Below are positions 1 through 12,850 of a stretch of DNA of 64,000 nt, one piece after another. This DNA comes from Nageia nagi (lineage: Eukaryota > Plantae > Pinophyta). How positions within the stretch are numbered: position 1 is the stretch's first letter; the number at the start of each line of letters is the position of its first letter. The notes under the pieces are model-generated. The model was not told the origin of the DNA and made no database searches. It saw only the letters and a list, made by a program, of their open reading frames with translations. The position numbers and the translations under genes are program-made. The DNA lies in assembly GCA_050084985.1 (NCBI GenBank), contig JBITNC010000002.1, positions 3,472,001-3,536,000 on the forward strand. The letters run 5' to 3'.

Positions 1-2150
1 GTCCATATGACTCCCTTATGTATGATCCCCCTTCATTAAATATCACATCTTGGTTGATGTGCAACTTCTTGGCAATTGAATCATAATAGTTGTAGGCTTT
101 GGATTCATGAGGGTATCCAACAAAGATACACATGATGGATTTTTTATCCAATTTATTTATGTTCTATTTAGGAACATGCACATAATAAGTTAAACCAAAG
201 ATCCTTATAAGATGTGCAATACTTAGTTTCTTTCCAAACCAAGCCTCATAAAGGGATGAATATTACATAATTTTTATTTGCAATAATTCAAAATATAAAT
301 AATTATGTGATTAACTTCATCCCATAGTTTTTTTCCATACCCATTTCTTTCAACATGCATCAGGCCATCTCAAAAATATTAGATTCTTTCTCTAGGCCAC
401 TAATCCATTTTGTTGGGGACTGTATATTGTTGTGTGCTACCTCTTAATCCCATAATTATTGTAGAAATATTTTAACTCATTTGAAATGAATTCACCACCT
501 TGGTTTGTCCAAACTTTCTTGAGGTTTTAGTTTGATTACTTTTTTACTATTACTTTGTATCTGATAAAATAATCAAAAGCATATGATTTTACCTATAACA
601 AGCACAACCAACTCATTTTGGAATGATCATCATATAAAATAAGCATATATTTACACTTGGTCATGCTTGGAGTCTACATAGGTTTGCATAAGTTGGCATG
701 CACTAATTCTATGGGATTTTAGGCTCTATTTTGGTGGTGCGCAAATCTTTTTCTAGGTTATTTCTCAATTTTGTAACTCTCACATAAAGTTTCTGATGGG
801 TGTAAAAAACTAGGCATATATTTCAAAAAGCTTGCAATCCACATAATAAGTTGAAATTAAGGTGTCCAAACCTCTTATACCATAACTAAAAAGAATCAAT
901 GGTGGTATTTAGGCATTTTATAGAAGCTAATTGCATTTTCAACATTTACATTCTATTCTTAAACATGAGAATAATGGCAACTACTTGGCAATTAATCTCA
1001 ATTGTAATTATACACCTCTTATTTGTAAAGACTACCATGTATTTTTTTAAGCCTAAATAACTAATGCTTAATAGATTATGCTTCATCATAGAACATATAA
1101 AGTATCATGCATATGTATGATCTTACTAATAAATTTCTTTAAAAGTGACAGAACCTTTTCTAGAAGTGCTAACATGATTGTTATCATCAAACTTCACTTG
1201 ACCAAAGATATTTTCTTTGAGTTTTACAAATAGGTTCTTTTTCCCAATCATATTATTTGAACAACCACTATTAATGTACCAAATATGATCATCAATAACT
1301 TCAAATTTATTGTGAGTAGTGAAGAAATTTGTATCACCTTGCTCTTCATTGTAATTGGCTTTTTATTGATTTTCTTGTATGTAGCATTACTGCTCTATGT
1401 GATCATATTTTTTATAAAAATTATAATTTTTCTAGGATGATCTCTAGCTTTTATTGGTTTATCAACTTCTTCCTCTATCATATTTGCCTCTTCCATGACA
1501 TCTACCACCATGACCTCTTTCATGGCCTCTTGAAGAAGATTTTGAAATGGAGGAAGTAGATAAATGGTCATTCAATATCATCTTTTCTTGGAATTATTTA
1601 TCAAGGTTATATGACCTTTATTTAATTCTTTGCTAATAATTTTGTAAGCTTCAATGTAACTCAACTAAATTAAGCTAAGATAATTCCTTAGAATCCTCAA
1701 TGGTAATGTTGTATGATCAAATTTTCTTGTAAGGCTTATCAATACCTTCTCCATGATATTAGTTTCATCTACTTCCTCATCATGTGAATGAATATCATTT
1801 ACTAAATTTTGAACTTTAATTATTAATATCTCAATGGTATCATTGTAATTCATTTTTTAAAAATTTAAAATCCATATGTAAGAGTTGAAGCTTAGCTACT
1901 CTTACCTTAGATGATTCCTTGTAGGCACTTTTAGGAGTCTCTAATGTTTCCTTTAAAAATTTACATTTTGCATTCTTAGGGAAGATAAACATATCTATTT
2001 GAATTTGCATGGTTAATAAGGATTTGAAATCCTTCTTTTGGTCTCTAAAATATCCTTTTCCAATAAGATGAGATTAGTGTAAAGTTTTTTGTGTCTACTT
2101 TTGTGCATCCCTATGAAAAAAGTATGAACAACTCTTGAGAGGTAAGAAAA
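1..2150 (-). mobile_element. Degenerate Ty1/Copia internal region (gag-protease-integrase), running off the left edge
   Basis: Minus-strand remnants with stops: gag KLQLLHMDF / EKVLISLTRKFD, protease WYINSGCSNNM (~1255-1285), GAG-pre-integrase WYKRFGHLNF (~855-885), integrase QGGEF (~490-505) and CIFVGY..QDVIFNE (~30-135). Confidence 0.85.
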
Positions 2151-5100
2151 TTTTTCATTCGAATACTCTAATATTTTAAATGTTCATAATTGAATACAAG
2201 AATTGATAATTGGAATATGTTTCCATTTTTATAGTCCATTTTAACCCAATACAAACATATTTTATGATATGAATTAAAGAATTTGAAGTTCTCGAGGCAT
2301 GTTATAATGATCTAGTAAAGAAATGAACACCCATATTTTTAGAGGCTATAAAATGAAATCATCTTGTTTGAAATGTTAATTTTTTAGTATATTTAGAAAT
2401 AGATCAACAATACCTTTCTAATGAGTATTTACATGTCTCAAATATATCTATCTAGGAATGATAATTTGAAGTTATTGGGTTATAAATATAGCATTTTAGG
2501 ACTTGTTCATTAAAATATGGCTTTCACACATCAAAGAGGGGTAAAGTTACCTATGTACATATTTTGAATAAGATGAACACATAAATTCACCTTCCAAGGT
2601 CCTCAAAATAGATAAAAAAGGTGCAATTTTGCATATTTAAAGTTATGATGTCAACAAATAAGTTCTCATTGAATAACATAAAGATAGACTAGTTTTACGT
2701 AAAAACTTAGACTAGTTTTACGTAAAAACTTTAGAAGAATGTAACTTGGTTGATTCTTTTTGAAACATAAGACTTTTATATACAATTGTAAATATCATGA
2801 AAATATATATTCAATGGTTTAGGTTTGGTTCATTTGGAGAAGGAAGGGTTGTTCAAAAATGACACAAGTAAAGCACTCCATGGAGCTCACTGAGAATGAC
2901 TATCAAAATGCAGGTTAAAATATTATATATTTTGGATATAATATGATAACAGAGTATGGGATATTTTTATATTTTTGGAAAAGTATTGAATTCAACTATT
3001 TAAAAAAATTAATCATAACAAAATGAGCTTTAGAACAAAATTTATAGCCTCTAGAAGAAAAATGATCCTAAAATGGGCAATTTTAGATGACCATAAAAAT
3101 ATCCAAATCTGTCACTCAAAATAAAAAATAAATAAGTAACCACCTAGTTAAAATTTCCTTAAATACTTAAGTATCGCCTTGGAATAGAATCAAAACACTT
3201 ATGCAAATATTCGTAAGTGTTTTCTCATACAAATATGTCTAAAAATAGAATCGAACCATACAATCATAGAAAAGAGTTGCAAAGAAATTTTCTTTCTATA
3301 TGTTATTGAAAAATGAATACCTAATTGTTACATTACAATGGAACCTCATCCATATACATATCTAAGAAAATAAATTGAGTGTTTGACAATCCAAATTTTG
3401 ATTAAAGTACATAATTCATTCAAGAAATTAGGAAAAATATAAATGCATGTCCAATACTTATGATAAAATGTATGGATGTTTATATCTCTACATCTAAAAA
3501 AGATCTAATGGAGATTATAAACACCATCTCGCTTAATTTTTCACTTTTCATATATTTTTTTAACCACAACATCACTTTAGGGCCAGTAGTAAATTAAGGG
3601 GTTTTTTTATAGAAATACCCAAAACTTATATTTAAAAGAACTTGCATTAGTTTTGATCATTAAGTAAACATTATCTCCCTTTTTTTATTAGACTAGGGGA
3701 ATCAATCAGTTCTTTACACTTTTATATACCTCTTCATAGGTTCAAATCATGCTCATCACTTCCACTATAACCTCTATTTACATTGAGTAAGTATTTTACA
3801 TGTTTAAGAGAGCTGTTGTGACACACACTAGATACTAAGAGTTTACGAAACTTGAAGCCAATTCTCCACACCCAAACTGAAGATATCCACCAATAGGCCA
3901 AACCCTTAGGGATACCATCTCTCTTAATATTTTACTTATTCTATATATATATTTTTTTAACCATAACATCAATTTGTTTTTTGGTCAAGATCACCTAAAA
4001 AGATCACTTGTAAAATAAGGGGGTTTTGTACAAAAACCCAAAACTTATATTTAAAAGTTTACATTAGTTTCTATAACTTTCCACTATTTATTTTAGGGTG
4101 CATTTACTAAATGTAATATGGTAACTCAAAAAAGGGGAACCCATTTATGATATATTTCAATCTTCTAGAGAATATTTCTCCCTTGAATGGTATTACCATG
4201 AAAAATGTAGCACTTTATTTTGTTGTAACTTGAAGCAATAACCCTCAACCTTCTATAGTTATCAAAATAATTATGTTTTTTTTCAAAAGGCTTCACATTC
4301 TCATCTTTCTCACACTCTCAAAATCATTCAATGTTGATTGCTTACCTTCTATTGCAACCTTGGCTATTCCTTTTTCCTAAACCTTTCCTTCACTTTGGTG
4401 TTTAGGATTATTTTATCATGTATCAGTAAATCTCTTGACACTTTTTATGTACTAACCATTAGGTGGGAAAAATTAGGTTTCCTTCATAATTGTATCTTTA
4501 TTTTAATTCTTACTTATCCCCCTTCCTTTCTCTCTATTATGTTTTATTGGTGTTAGAATCCCAACCTTGCTTAGGCATCTTCTTTTGTTTATGATTGTAT
4601 ACTAAGTACCCTCCTCTCTAAGTAGGTTCTTTTCTTGGTATTCCAAGATAGGTTTGATATTGGACACAACTTCAACCATGTGAGTTTCATTATCTTCTAT
4701 TTATGGTTCTGTGATATTTCCTTTGTAATTCTTGGTGATTAATCTCATTTGTAATTGTACACCTCTTCTTTGTAAAGACTACCATGTACTTTTTAAGCCT
4801 AAATGACTGATGCTCAATAGATTATGCTTCATTCCTAAAACATATAAAGTTTCATCCATATGTTTAATTTTACTAATCATTTCTTTAAAAGTAATAGAAC
4901 CCTTTCTAGTGCTGCTAACATGATCATTATCATCAAACTTCACTTGATCAAAGATATTTTCTTTAAGTTTTACAAATAGGTTCTTTTCCCAATCATATGA
5001 TTTGAACAACCACTATCAAGGTACCAAATATGATCATAACTAACTTCAAAGTTATAATGAGTAAGGAAGAGATTTGTATCACCTTACTCTTCATTGTAGT

Positions 5101-8100
5101 TGGCCTTTTATTAGTTTTCTTGTATGTAGCATTATTACTCTATCAGATCATATTTTCTATAAAAATCATAATTTTTCTAGACTGATATCTAACTTTTATT
5201 GGTTGATTAACCTCTTCCTCTACCATATTTTCCTCTTTCATGACATCTACCACCATGACCTCTATCATGGCTTCTTGAAGAAGATTTTGAAATGGAGGAA
5301 GTAGATAGATGGTTGTTCATCATCATCTTGCCTTGGAATGCTTTATCAAGGTTCTATGACATATCTCTAATTCTATTCTCATAAGTTTGCAAGCTTCCAT
5401 GTAACTCAACTACAGTGAGCTAAGATAAGTCCTTAGAATCTTCAATGGTAATGTTATAGGATCAAATTTTCTTGTAAGGCTTATCAATACCTTCTCCATG
5501 ATCTTAGTTTCATCTAGTTCCTCATCATGTGAATGAATGTCCTTTGTTAAATTTTTAACTTTAATTATTAATACCTCAATGGTATCATTGTCATTCATTT
5601 TTTTTTAAATTCAAAATCCATATGTAAGAGTTGAAGCTTAGCTACTTTTACCTTAGAAGATTCCTTGTAGGCACTTTCAAGAGTCTCTAGTGCTTCCTTT
5701 AAAATATTACATTTTGCATTCTCAGGAAAGATAAACATATCTATTTGAATTTTAATGGTGAATATAACTTCAAAATCCTTCTTTTTGGTCTCTAAAATAT
5801 CCTTTTCCAATCAGATGAGATTAGTGCAAAGTTGTTTGCACCTATGTTTATGCATCCCTATTGAAAAAGCATCAACAAGTCTTAAGAGGTAAGAAAATTT
5901 TTCATTCGAATACTCTATAATTGAATACAAGAATTGATAATTAGAATATACTTCCATTTTTATGATCCATTTGAACCCAATAGAAAGATATTTTATGATA
6001 CCAATTGAAGAATTTGAAGTTCTCAAGGCATGTTATAATGATCTAGTAAAGAAATGAACACCCATATTTTTAGAGGCTATAAAATTAAATCAACTTGTTT
6101 GAATTGTTGATTTTTTAATATATTTAGAAATAGATCAAGAATACCTTTTCAATGAGTATTTACATGCCTCAAATAGAGGTATATAAGAATCTTAATTTGA
6201 AGTTCTTAGGTTATAAATATAGCATTTTAGGACTTATCCATCAAAATATGGCTATCACATGTCGAAGAGGGATAAATTTACCTATAGACATAGTTTGAAG
6301 AAGATGATCACATAAACTCACATTCCATGGTCCTCGAAATAGTGAGAAAAGGTGCAATTTTGCATATTTAAAGGGATGATGTCAACAAATAAGTTCTTAA
6401 AGCACAACATAGAGATAGACTAGTTTTACATGAAAATTTTGAAAGCATGTAACTTGGTTGATTCTTTTTTAAACTTAAGAGTTTTATATACAATTGTAAA
6501 TATCATGAAAATATCTATTCAATGGTTTAGGTTTGATGTCATTTGGAGAAGGAAGGGTTGTTAAAAAATGAGCATTAAGTAAAACACTTCATGGAGCTCA
6601 TTAAGAAAGACTATAAAAATGCAAGTTATAATATTATTTATTTTGAGTGTAATATGATAATAGAGTATGGAATATTATAAATTTTTGGAAAGGTATTAAA
6701 TTCAACTATTGTTTTTTTTAAGGAATCATAACAAAAGGAGATTTAGAACAAAATTTATAGCCTCTAGAAGAAAAATGTTCCTAAAATGGGCAATTTTAGG
6801 TGACCACAAAAATATCCAAATATGTTGCTCAAAATAAAAAATAAACAAGTAACCACCTATTTAAAATTCCCTTAAATACTTAAGTATCACCTTGGAATAG
6901 ACTTAGAACACTTATGCAAAGATTCATAAGTGTTTTCTCATATAAACATGTCTAAGAATAGAATCAAACTATACAATCATAGAAAAGAGTTACAGAGAAA
7001 TTTTCTTTCTATATGTTATTGAAAAATGAATACCTAATTATTACATTACAATGGAACCTCATCCATATACATATCTAAGAAAATAAATTGAGTGTTTAAT
7101 AATCCAAAATTTTGATTAAAGTACATAATTCGTTTAAGAAATTAGGAAAAATATAAATGGATTTCCAATACTTTTGATAAAATGTATGGTTTTCTATATC
7201 TCTACATATAAAGAATATCTAATGGAGATTGTAAACACCATCTTGCTTAATCTTTCACTTTTCATATATTTGTTTAACCACAACATCACTTTATTTTTTT
7301 TGTCAAGACCAAAAAAAGGCCACTAGTAAATTAAGGGGTTTTTTATATAAGGATCCAAAACTTATATTTAAGAGAACTTACATTAGTTTCAATCATTAAG
7401 TAAACATAATCTCTTTTTTTTTTTTTAGACTAGGGTAATCAATTAGTTCTTTGCACTTTTAGATGCCTCTTCATGGGTTCAAATCATGCTCATCACTTCG
7501 AATATAACCTTCATTTACATTGAATAAATTGTTTACATGTTCGAGAGAGTTGTTGTGACACACCCTTGATACCATGAGTCTATGAAACTTGAAGCCAAGT
7601 CTCCACATCCAAACTAAATATCTCCATCAATAGGCCAAACCCCTTGGGTTACCATCTCTCTTAATATTTTACTTCTCATATCTTTTTTAACCATAATACC
7701 ACTTTATTTTTTTAGTCAAGATCACTAGTAAATTAAGGGGGTTTTATACAAAAATCCAAAATTTATATTTAAAAATTTACATTAGTTTTGATAACTTTCC
7801 ACTATTTATTTAAGAGTGCATTTACTAAATGTTACATGGTAACCCAAAAAAAGGGAACCCATTTCTGATATATTTCAATCTTTTATAGAATCTTTCTCCC
7901 TTGAATGGGATTACCAAGAAAAATGTAGCACTTCATTTTATTGTAACTTGTAGGTGCAATAACCCTCAACCTTATATAGTCATCAAAAGAATCATATTTT
8001 ATTTCCTTCACTTAGTTGTCTAGGATTATTTTATCATGTATCAACCAATCTCTTGGCAATCCTTATGCACTAACCCTTAGGTGGGGCAAATTAGGTTTCC

Positions 8101-8343
8101 TTCATAATTGTATCTTCATTTTAATTCTTACTTATCCCCCTTCCTTTATTTGCATTATATTTTATTGGTGCTAGAATCATATCCTTGGTTAGGCATCTTC
8201 TTTTGTTTATGATTGTCTACTAAGTGCCCTCCTCTCTAAGTAGGTTCTTTTCTTGGTCTTCTAAGATAGGGTTGATATTGGACACAAATTCAACCATGTG
8301 AGTTTACTTATATTTTATTTATGGTTTTATAACATTCCCTTTT
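984..8343. repeat. ~3.7 kb head-to-tail segmental duplication (copy 1 ~984-4724, copy 2 ~4731-8343)
   Basis: Colinear similarity throughout at an offset of about 3.6-3.75 kb; ORFs 1329/5074 and 1665/5410 are paralogous. The junction at ~4725-4730 joins LINE-like sequence to the middle of Copia pol. Confidence 0.92.
4731..5850 (-). mobile_element. Duplicated Copia gag-protease fragment
   Basis: ORFs 5595..5810 (KVKVAKLQLLHMDFE), 5410..5598 (EKVLISLTRKFD) and 4779..5009 (LYVLGMKHNLLSI), plus protease WYLDSGCSNHM at ~4995-5030. Confidence 0.82.
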
Positions 8344-8399
8344 TGTTGTTTAGAATCCTCCTTACCACTTGGGTTATTATTATTTCCTTTTTATCCATT

Positions 8400-9250
8400 T
8401 ATGGAAATATCTCCATACTCAAGATTAAATTGATTTCTGGTGTTAACAAAACTTTTCTCATTTTAAGTTTTCTTTGTTTGCCACTTCCTTTGAACTGAGT
8501 CTACTACAATTTCCCTAATTGGGCAAGATCTCTCATTATAATCAACTTGAGAACATGTTGTTCATAAGAAATTATTATTTTTGTATCATAATTATTGAAT
8601 CCATTCAATTAATTTTGATTCTAACATGACCTTTTTAAGTACATCGATTCAAAATTCTACCATGATGCATAATCTAGCCATCAAGATTCAAGCTTGAGCA
8701 CTTGTGACATGGTATACTGCAATTAACTTATGAAAGATCCTATAATTCCTTCAAAAATATTTTGATGTCCAAACTCAAATGGAAGGTGTATAAGGGTAAT
8801 ACAAATTGGTATCACTTATTAAGAAACAATCCTTACTTTCCAAAGAACCAAGGCCTTGATCTTAGTATATGATATGAATATGAACATGATATAATAATTG
8901 GGCATTATAATTACATCAAGGTTACCCTTGATAATCCATTTTCATTTTCCCATATTCGAAATTCATCAATATTTGGGTGAACTTCAAGAAGCCTTTGAAA
9001 CAAACAGTTGCAACCTCTCTCTTCCACTTGATCAATGATGGATCATAATATTCTAAGATATATCTTCTCACCAATATTTTTTGGTTTGGGAGAGGGTACA
9101 ATATCAACCATAACCTCTTGCATAAAGAGGATCCACCAAGATCACTTAGGTATCTTCATTATTAGCTTTGTATTGGGCTAACAATAGATCTTAATGGTAA
9201 CCATAGCATTCCAAATGAGCTTGAATTAGAGAGGGAAAAATGCCACCTCT
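8400..9250 (-). mobile_element. Probable LINE (L1-like) ORF1 remnant
   Basis: Minus-strand RPWFFGK*GLFLNK (~8815-8855) and HLPFEFG (~8768-8790) resemble plant LINE ORF1 (DUF4283), followed by a Cys/His knuckle-like remnant at ~8700. Heavily decayed. Confidence 0.45.
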
Positions 9251-10246
9251 TAAGGGATATAAGCAAACTTTGGTTAATAGCAAAAGGGACAAAGGAAGTG
9301 AAGGATAACATAAAGTATAGTGTGCTTTTTGGGGTTAAAATTGAAGTGAAGTTGAAGAATAATTCACCATGAAATGCACTACACTACATCACTTTATTCA
9401 CCCTTATCATTAGGATAATATATTGTGTTAATAAAATAGATTTGATTACTTAATCAATTTTTGCATAATACAACTATTACCCTTTTAAAATATTATATCA
9501 TAGTTAATCCATGTCTTACATTTTCTTTTATTAGAGTAAATTCATCTCTTACATTAGTTATTATATATAATTTATTTTTTGAAACCATAATTACAAACTA
9601 CTATAAGCTAAGATTTTTTGTATAATCATTGCATATTTCCTGGTTAGAAGATTTGAATTTAAACCTTCTAAAAATTTCAACACCTATTTTTTCTAACATC
9701 TTTAATATAAACTCACATTATTTATAATTATACAATATATACTTTTTATTGTAGTTAAAAAGTACTTTTTAAATTTTGAAGAAAGATACTTACAATGTTA
9801 AAATGTTAAAATTTAAACTTAAACCTCCAAAATAAATATTACCCACTTCACTAATTCACCTTACTTCAAAAAAAACATACTAACTTCAAATAAACATTCT
9901 CAAATCATTCCACTAAATCTTGAAATTTATAATAATAAATTTATATTTAACATTACAGTTAAACTATAAAATGCTTCAATTGGATTCGAATCTTGCATAC
10001 ACAAGGACACATTTTCAACAATAATTCCACGCCTCCTCTGTCGTTTATCATGTGTGATCAATATTTACATAACCAGCCGGAGTGGGAGATTCAATGATGG
10101 ATCATCGGACACAGGACTACTAGAGCCCAACAGATCGAACAATATACAGGAATACATACATGCAGTTGGGGAACAACCCAAAACATGTTTTTTGGGAAGT
10201 TAAATATGGAAGGAATCATGCTGGGTAATGTATCTGTATGTTAGCA

Positions 10247-12003
10247 TTAGCAACGAGCTCCTTTCCTGCATGACAACGCTCCTGCGTTTTGAGTAAGACT
10301 TCCCACCATAGAAGACGGCCTTGACAATAAACTCGACGCCTTTGCATAGCTCGCCGACGCCCCACCTCCAGACGGAATGAAATACGCTCCGTTCAACATC
10401 AAATCCCCCTCCGACCTCCAATTCCATCCTTTCCACTCATTTGGATTGTTGTCCTCCCGTTTGGTGACCTGAAAATCACCATGAACATTTTCTCATATTA
10501 CAACACAGAGAATCAATTAAGTCATCCCATTACAACTGTAAATGTGTTTATGAACATTTCATCTCTAATATATTCCAAAAAGTTGTAAATTAATAGAAGC
10601 TACAATAAAATAAACATGTAAGAAACTATAATATACTTGAGTCATTATAATACTACCACTTTCACAATTGAACCTCCAACAAAGACCTTCGATCGAAGAT
10701 AGAAAAAATATCGTGTTGTGGAATGAATACGCACCTCTTTAGCAAAAGGGTTGTTGGGTGCGAGGAAGCGGTTGCCCTGACTATTAATGGTGGGTCTGGC
10801 ACTGCCTCCAATGGCGTACATTTCCCAGTGAGTGTAGTCATTGTTCACCACATGAAAGTACCCATGCCGGCACCTGCAGTAAAAACCCAGTCACTTGCAC
10901 TACTACTAAGTACTACCAATGTATTTGAGATTGCACCGAATCTGGTAGAGGTTTTATTAGTTCTTACCTTGGCATTCTCTGCACAAGTCCTTCACCAAAG
11001 TGATTGAAGGCAATGGTGACCTGCATGTAGACGTCGAGAGCGTAGCTATCGCTGTGCCCCAACAACATCACCTCGTTGTGGTGAGTGAAATAATTGTTGG
11101 AAATGGTGATGGCTGTAGATCCCATGATGGCGTCGATGAGACCGTCAGCGCATCGAGACAGAGAACAATGATCCACCCAGATGTGACTCGCCCCGAAGAT
11201 GGAGACCCCATCACCGTCGGCCATGGTTCTCCACCCGTAATGCGTGGGAGAGTCTCTCACCATGGCGTTTCCTGTAGATTTGCAGTCGTGAATGTTGATT
11301 CCATGGATTATGATGTTGGTCACGTATTGTATCGTAATGCAGGCACCGTTTGCAATGTGGACGTTCACACCACGGCCATCGATGGTCTTGAAGCTGTTCA
11401 TGATGAGCTCCTGCTTGAGCTGGATGACCATGTCGCGCTCGAAGATGATCCACAGCGGCTCAGTTTGGATGACGGCGTAGCGCAGAGTGCCCGGGCGAGG
11501 GTTCACGGCGTCCTCATCACTCGCGTCCGTGACCACATAGAACCTTCCATTCTTTCCTCCGATGGCATTTCTTCCAAACCCAATGCTGCAGTCAGCAAGC
11601 CTCTTTCTATTGCTCTCCCAGCTCGGATCGCACCTCCAGCAATCATCGATGGGATTCCCCGTTCCACATGACAAATAACCCAACTCTCGCCTCGTACTGT
11701 TAATACTCCTGCAAATTTATCCATAACACATACAGTAAGCACTAAGCTCAGACACAAAATAACAAACAAAGAAAACAAAAGGAAAACCCAGCTTGATACA
11801 TACTTGTGAACTGTTTCAGCTATGCTATCGGGATCTTTCTCAGAGGAGTAGGAGTTAACATTCTCAGCAGCATTGCTTCCTCGCCTCAATACAATTCCAG
11901 CCAATTTCTCAAACAGGCCCAGCTCTTTTTCAGCCCCAACATTGCATTGGACAAACAGGATCCACGCCAAAAAAACCCAACCCACAAAACTTTGAATGCC
12001 CAT
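10247..12003 (-). CDS. Pectate lyase (polysaccharide lyase family 1), secreted; PL-A, 433 aa
   Basis: Exons 12003-11804, 11708-10968, 10873-10735 and 10468-10247 total 1302 nt, in frame to TAA. Introns of 95, 94 and 266 bp are all GT..AG. Hydrophobic signal peptide ([24 protein letters not shown]). PL1 motifs: [57 protein letters not shown]-terminus CRKGARC*. Confidence 0.96.
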
Positions 12004-12114
12004 TACTCGAATTCTTCAACTCCAAATTCAAAAACTCTAAAATTTCAAAGAGGGAAAAAAACCAAAATGGAATCAATCACTAGCGATGTATCACAGTGCT
12101 GCTAGAGACCTCTC

Positions 12115-12124
12115 TCTTATAGCC
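12115..12124 (-). promoter_or_regulatory. Putative TATA box of PL-A (GGCTATAAGA)
   Basis: TATAAG core about 112 bp upstream of the ATG. The identical 10-mer lies about 110 bp upstream of PL-B. Confidence 0.6.
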
Positions 12125-12459
12125 AGATTCCGGCATGGGTGGAACTTGAGCGGTTGCATACAAACGTCCAAAATTAGTATTTTAATATTGGACTCCATCC
12201 CAAAATGAACAAGAAGTCTGAACTAGGCCCCGCCTTGGCTATGGCCCTACCCTTTTGGCCTATTACCAACTGCATTGACATAGCCGTAAAGCCAGAAAAA
12301 GCTTCGCTTCCCCATTGCCACACAAAAACAGTATTTTAGAGCCTTTTATAGCAGCTCTGCCAACAGTTAGCGCTCCTTAAAACCACGCTGGATTTACCGA
12401 TAGATTTTAGTCTGCCACATCCATATCGACGGTCACAATTCCATCCTACGAACACGGTA

Positions 12460-12850
12460 AGAATATTTGCCGCCCACGTGGGCAAATAATGATAGCCCTC
12501 CAACAACAGAGCATGGCGGGCCCAGCTGGTCGCTGGCGGGACCCACTGCCAATTCCTCAGTTGCAAAGCCGCTTTCCGACCGGTAATAAAGCCCTTGCCG
12601 CCACGATCAGCGCCGGAAAATCATCATTGGCCAATGTTGTTCATGATAAATCTCGAGGCATGGGCCCACAGAAGATAACGTGGTTCGCGAATCGAGGATA
12701 GTTGAGTCCACTCGGATTATGCCACGTGGCGAGTGATTTCGTTACGTGCACGATAGCTGGATCGACGCCCCTTACATACGCACATGGCGAGAACATGACG
12801 GTGATGTGACGTGGCACGTTGTCCGGCCGTATCGACAACGTGCTATGATG
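12460..12850. promoter_or_regulatory. CpG-rich upstream regulatory block of PL-A with G-box/ABRE and TCP-like motifs
   Basis: Palindromes GCCCACGTGGGC (12472-12483) and GCCACGTGGC (12721-12730), TGACGTGGC (12807-12815), further ACGT cores, and GGNCCCAC at 12539-12546 and 12662-12669. Confidence 0.55.

Noticed and set aside
11000-11671. 223-aa antisense ORF over PL-A, and the similar 234-aa ORF at 41379-42083 over PL-B
   Set aside because: It is in codon register with the sense gene, so it stays open simply because TTA/CTA/TCA codons are rare in these GC3-rich exons. Similarity between the two antisense ORFs follows from sense-strand conservation.
10247-12003. Calling either gene a Cry j 1/Jun a 1-type pollen allergen
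   Set aside because: Those mature proteins begin directly with DNPIDSCWRG. Both genes here have the longer pro-region and [10 protein letters not shown] of general plant PL1 enzymes.
12582-12591. GGTAATAAAG shared by both promoters (also 42561-42570)
   Set aside because: Spacing from the ATG differs, and one shared AT-rich 10-mer between ~1 kb regions is expected by chance.
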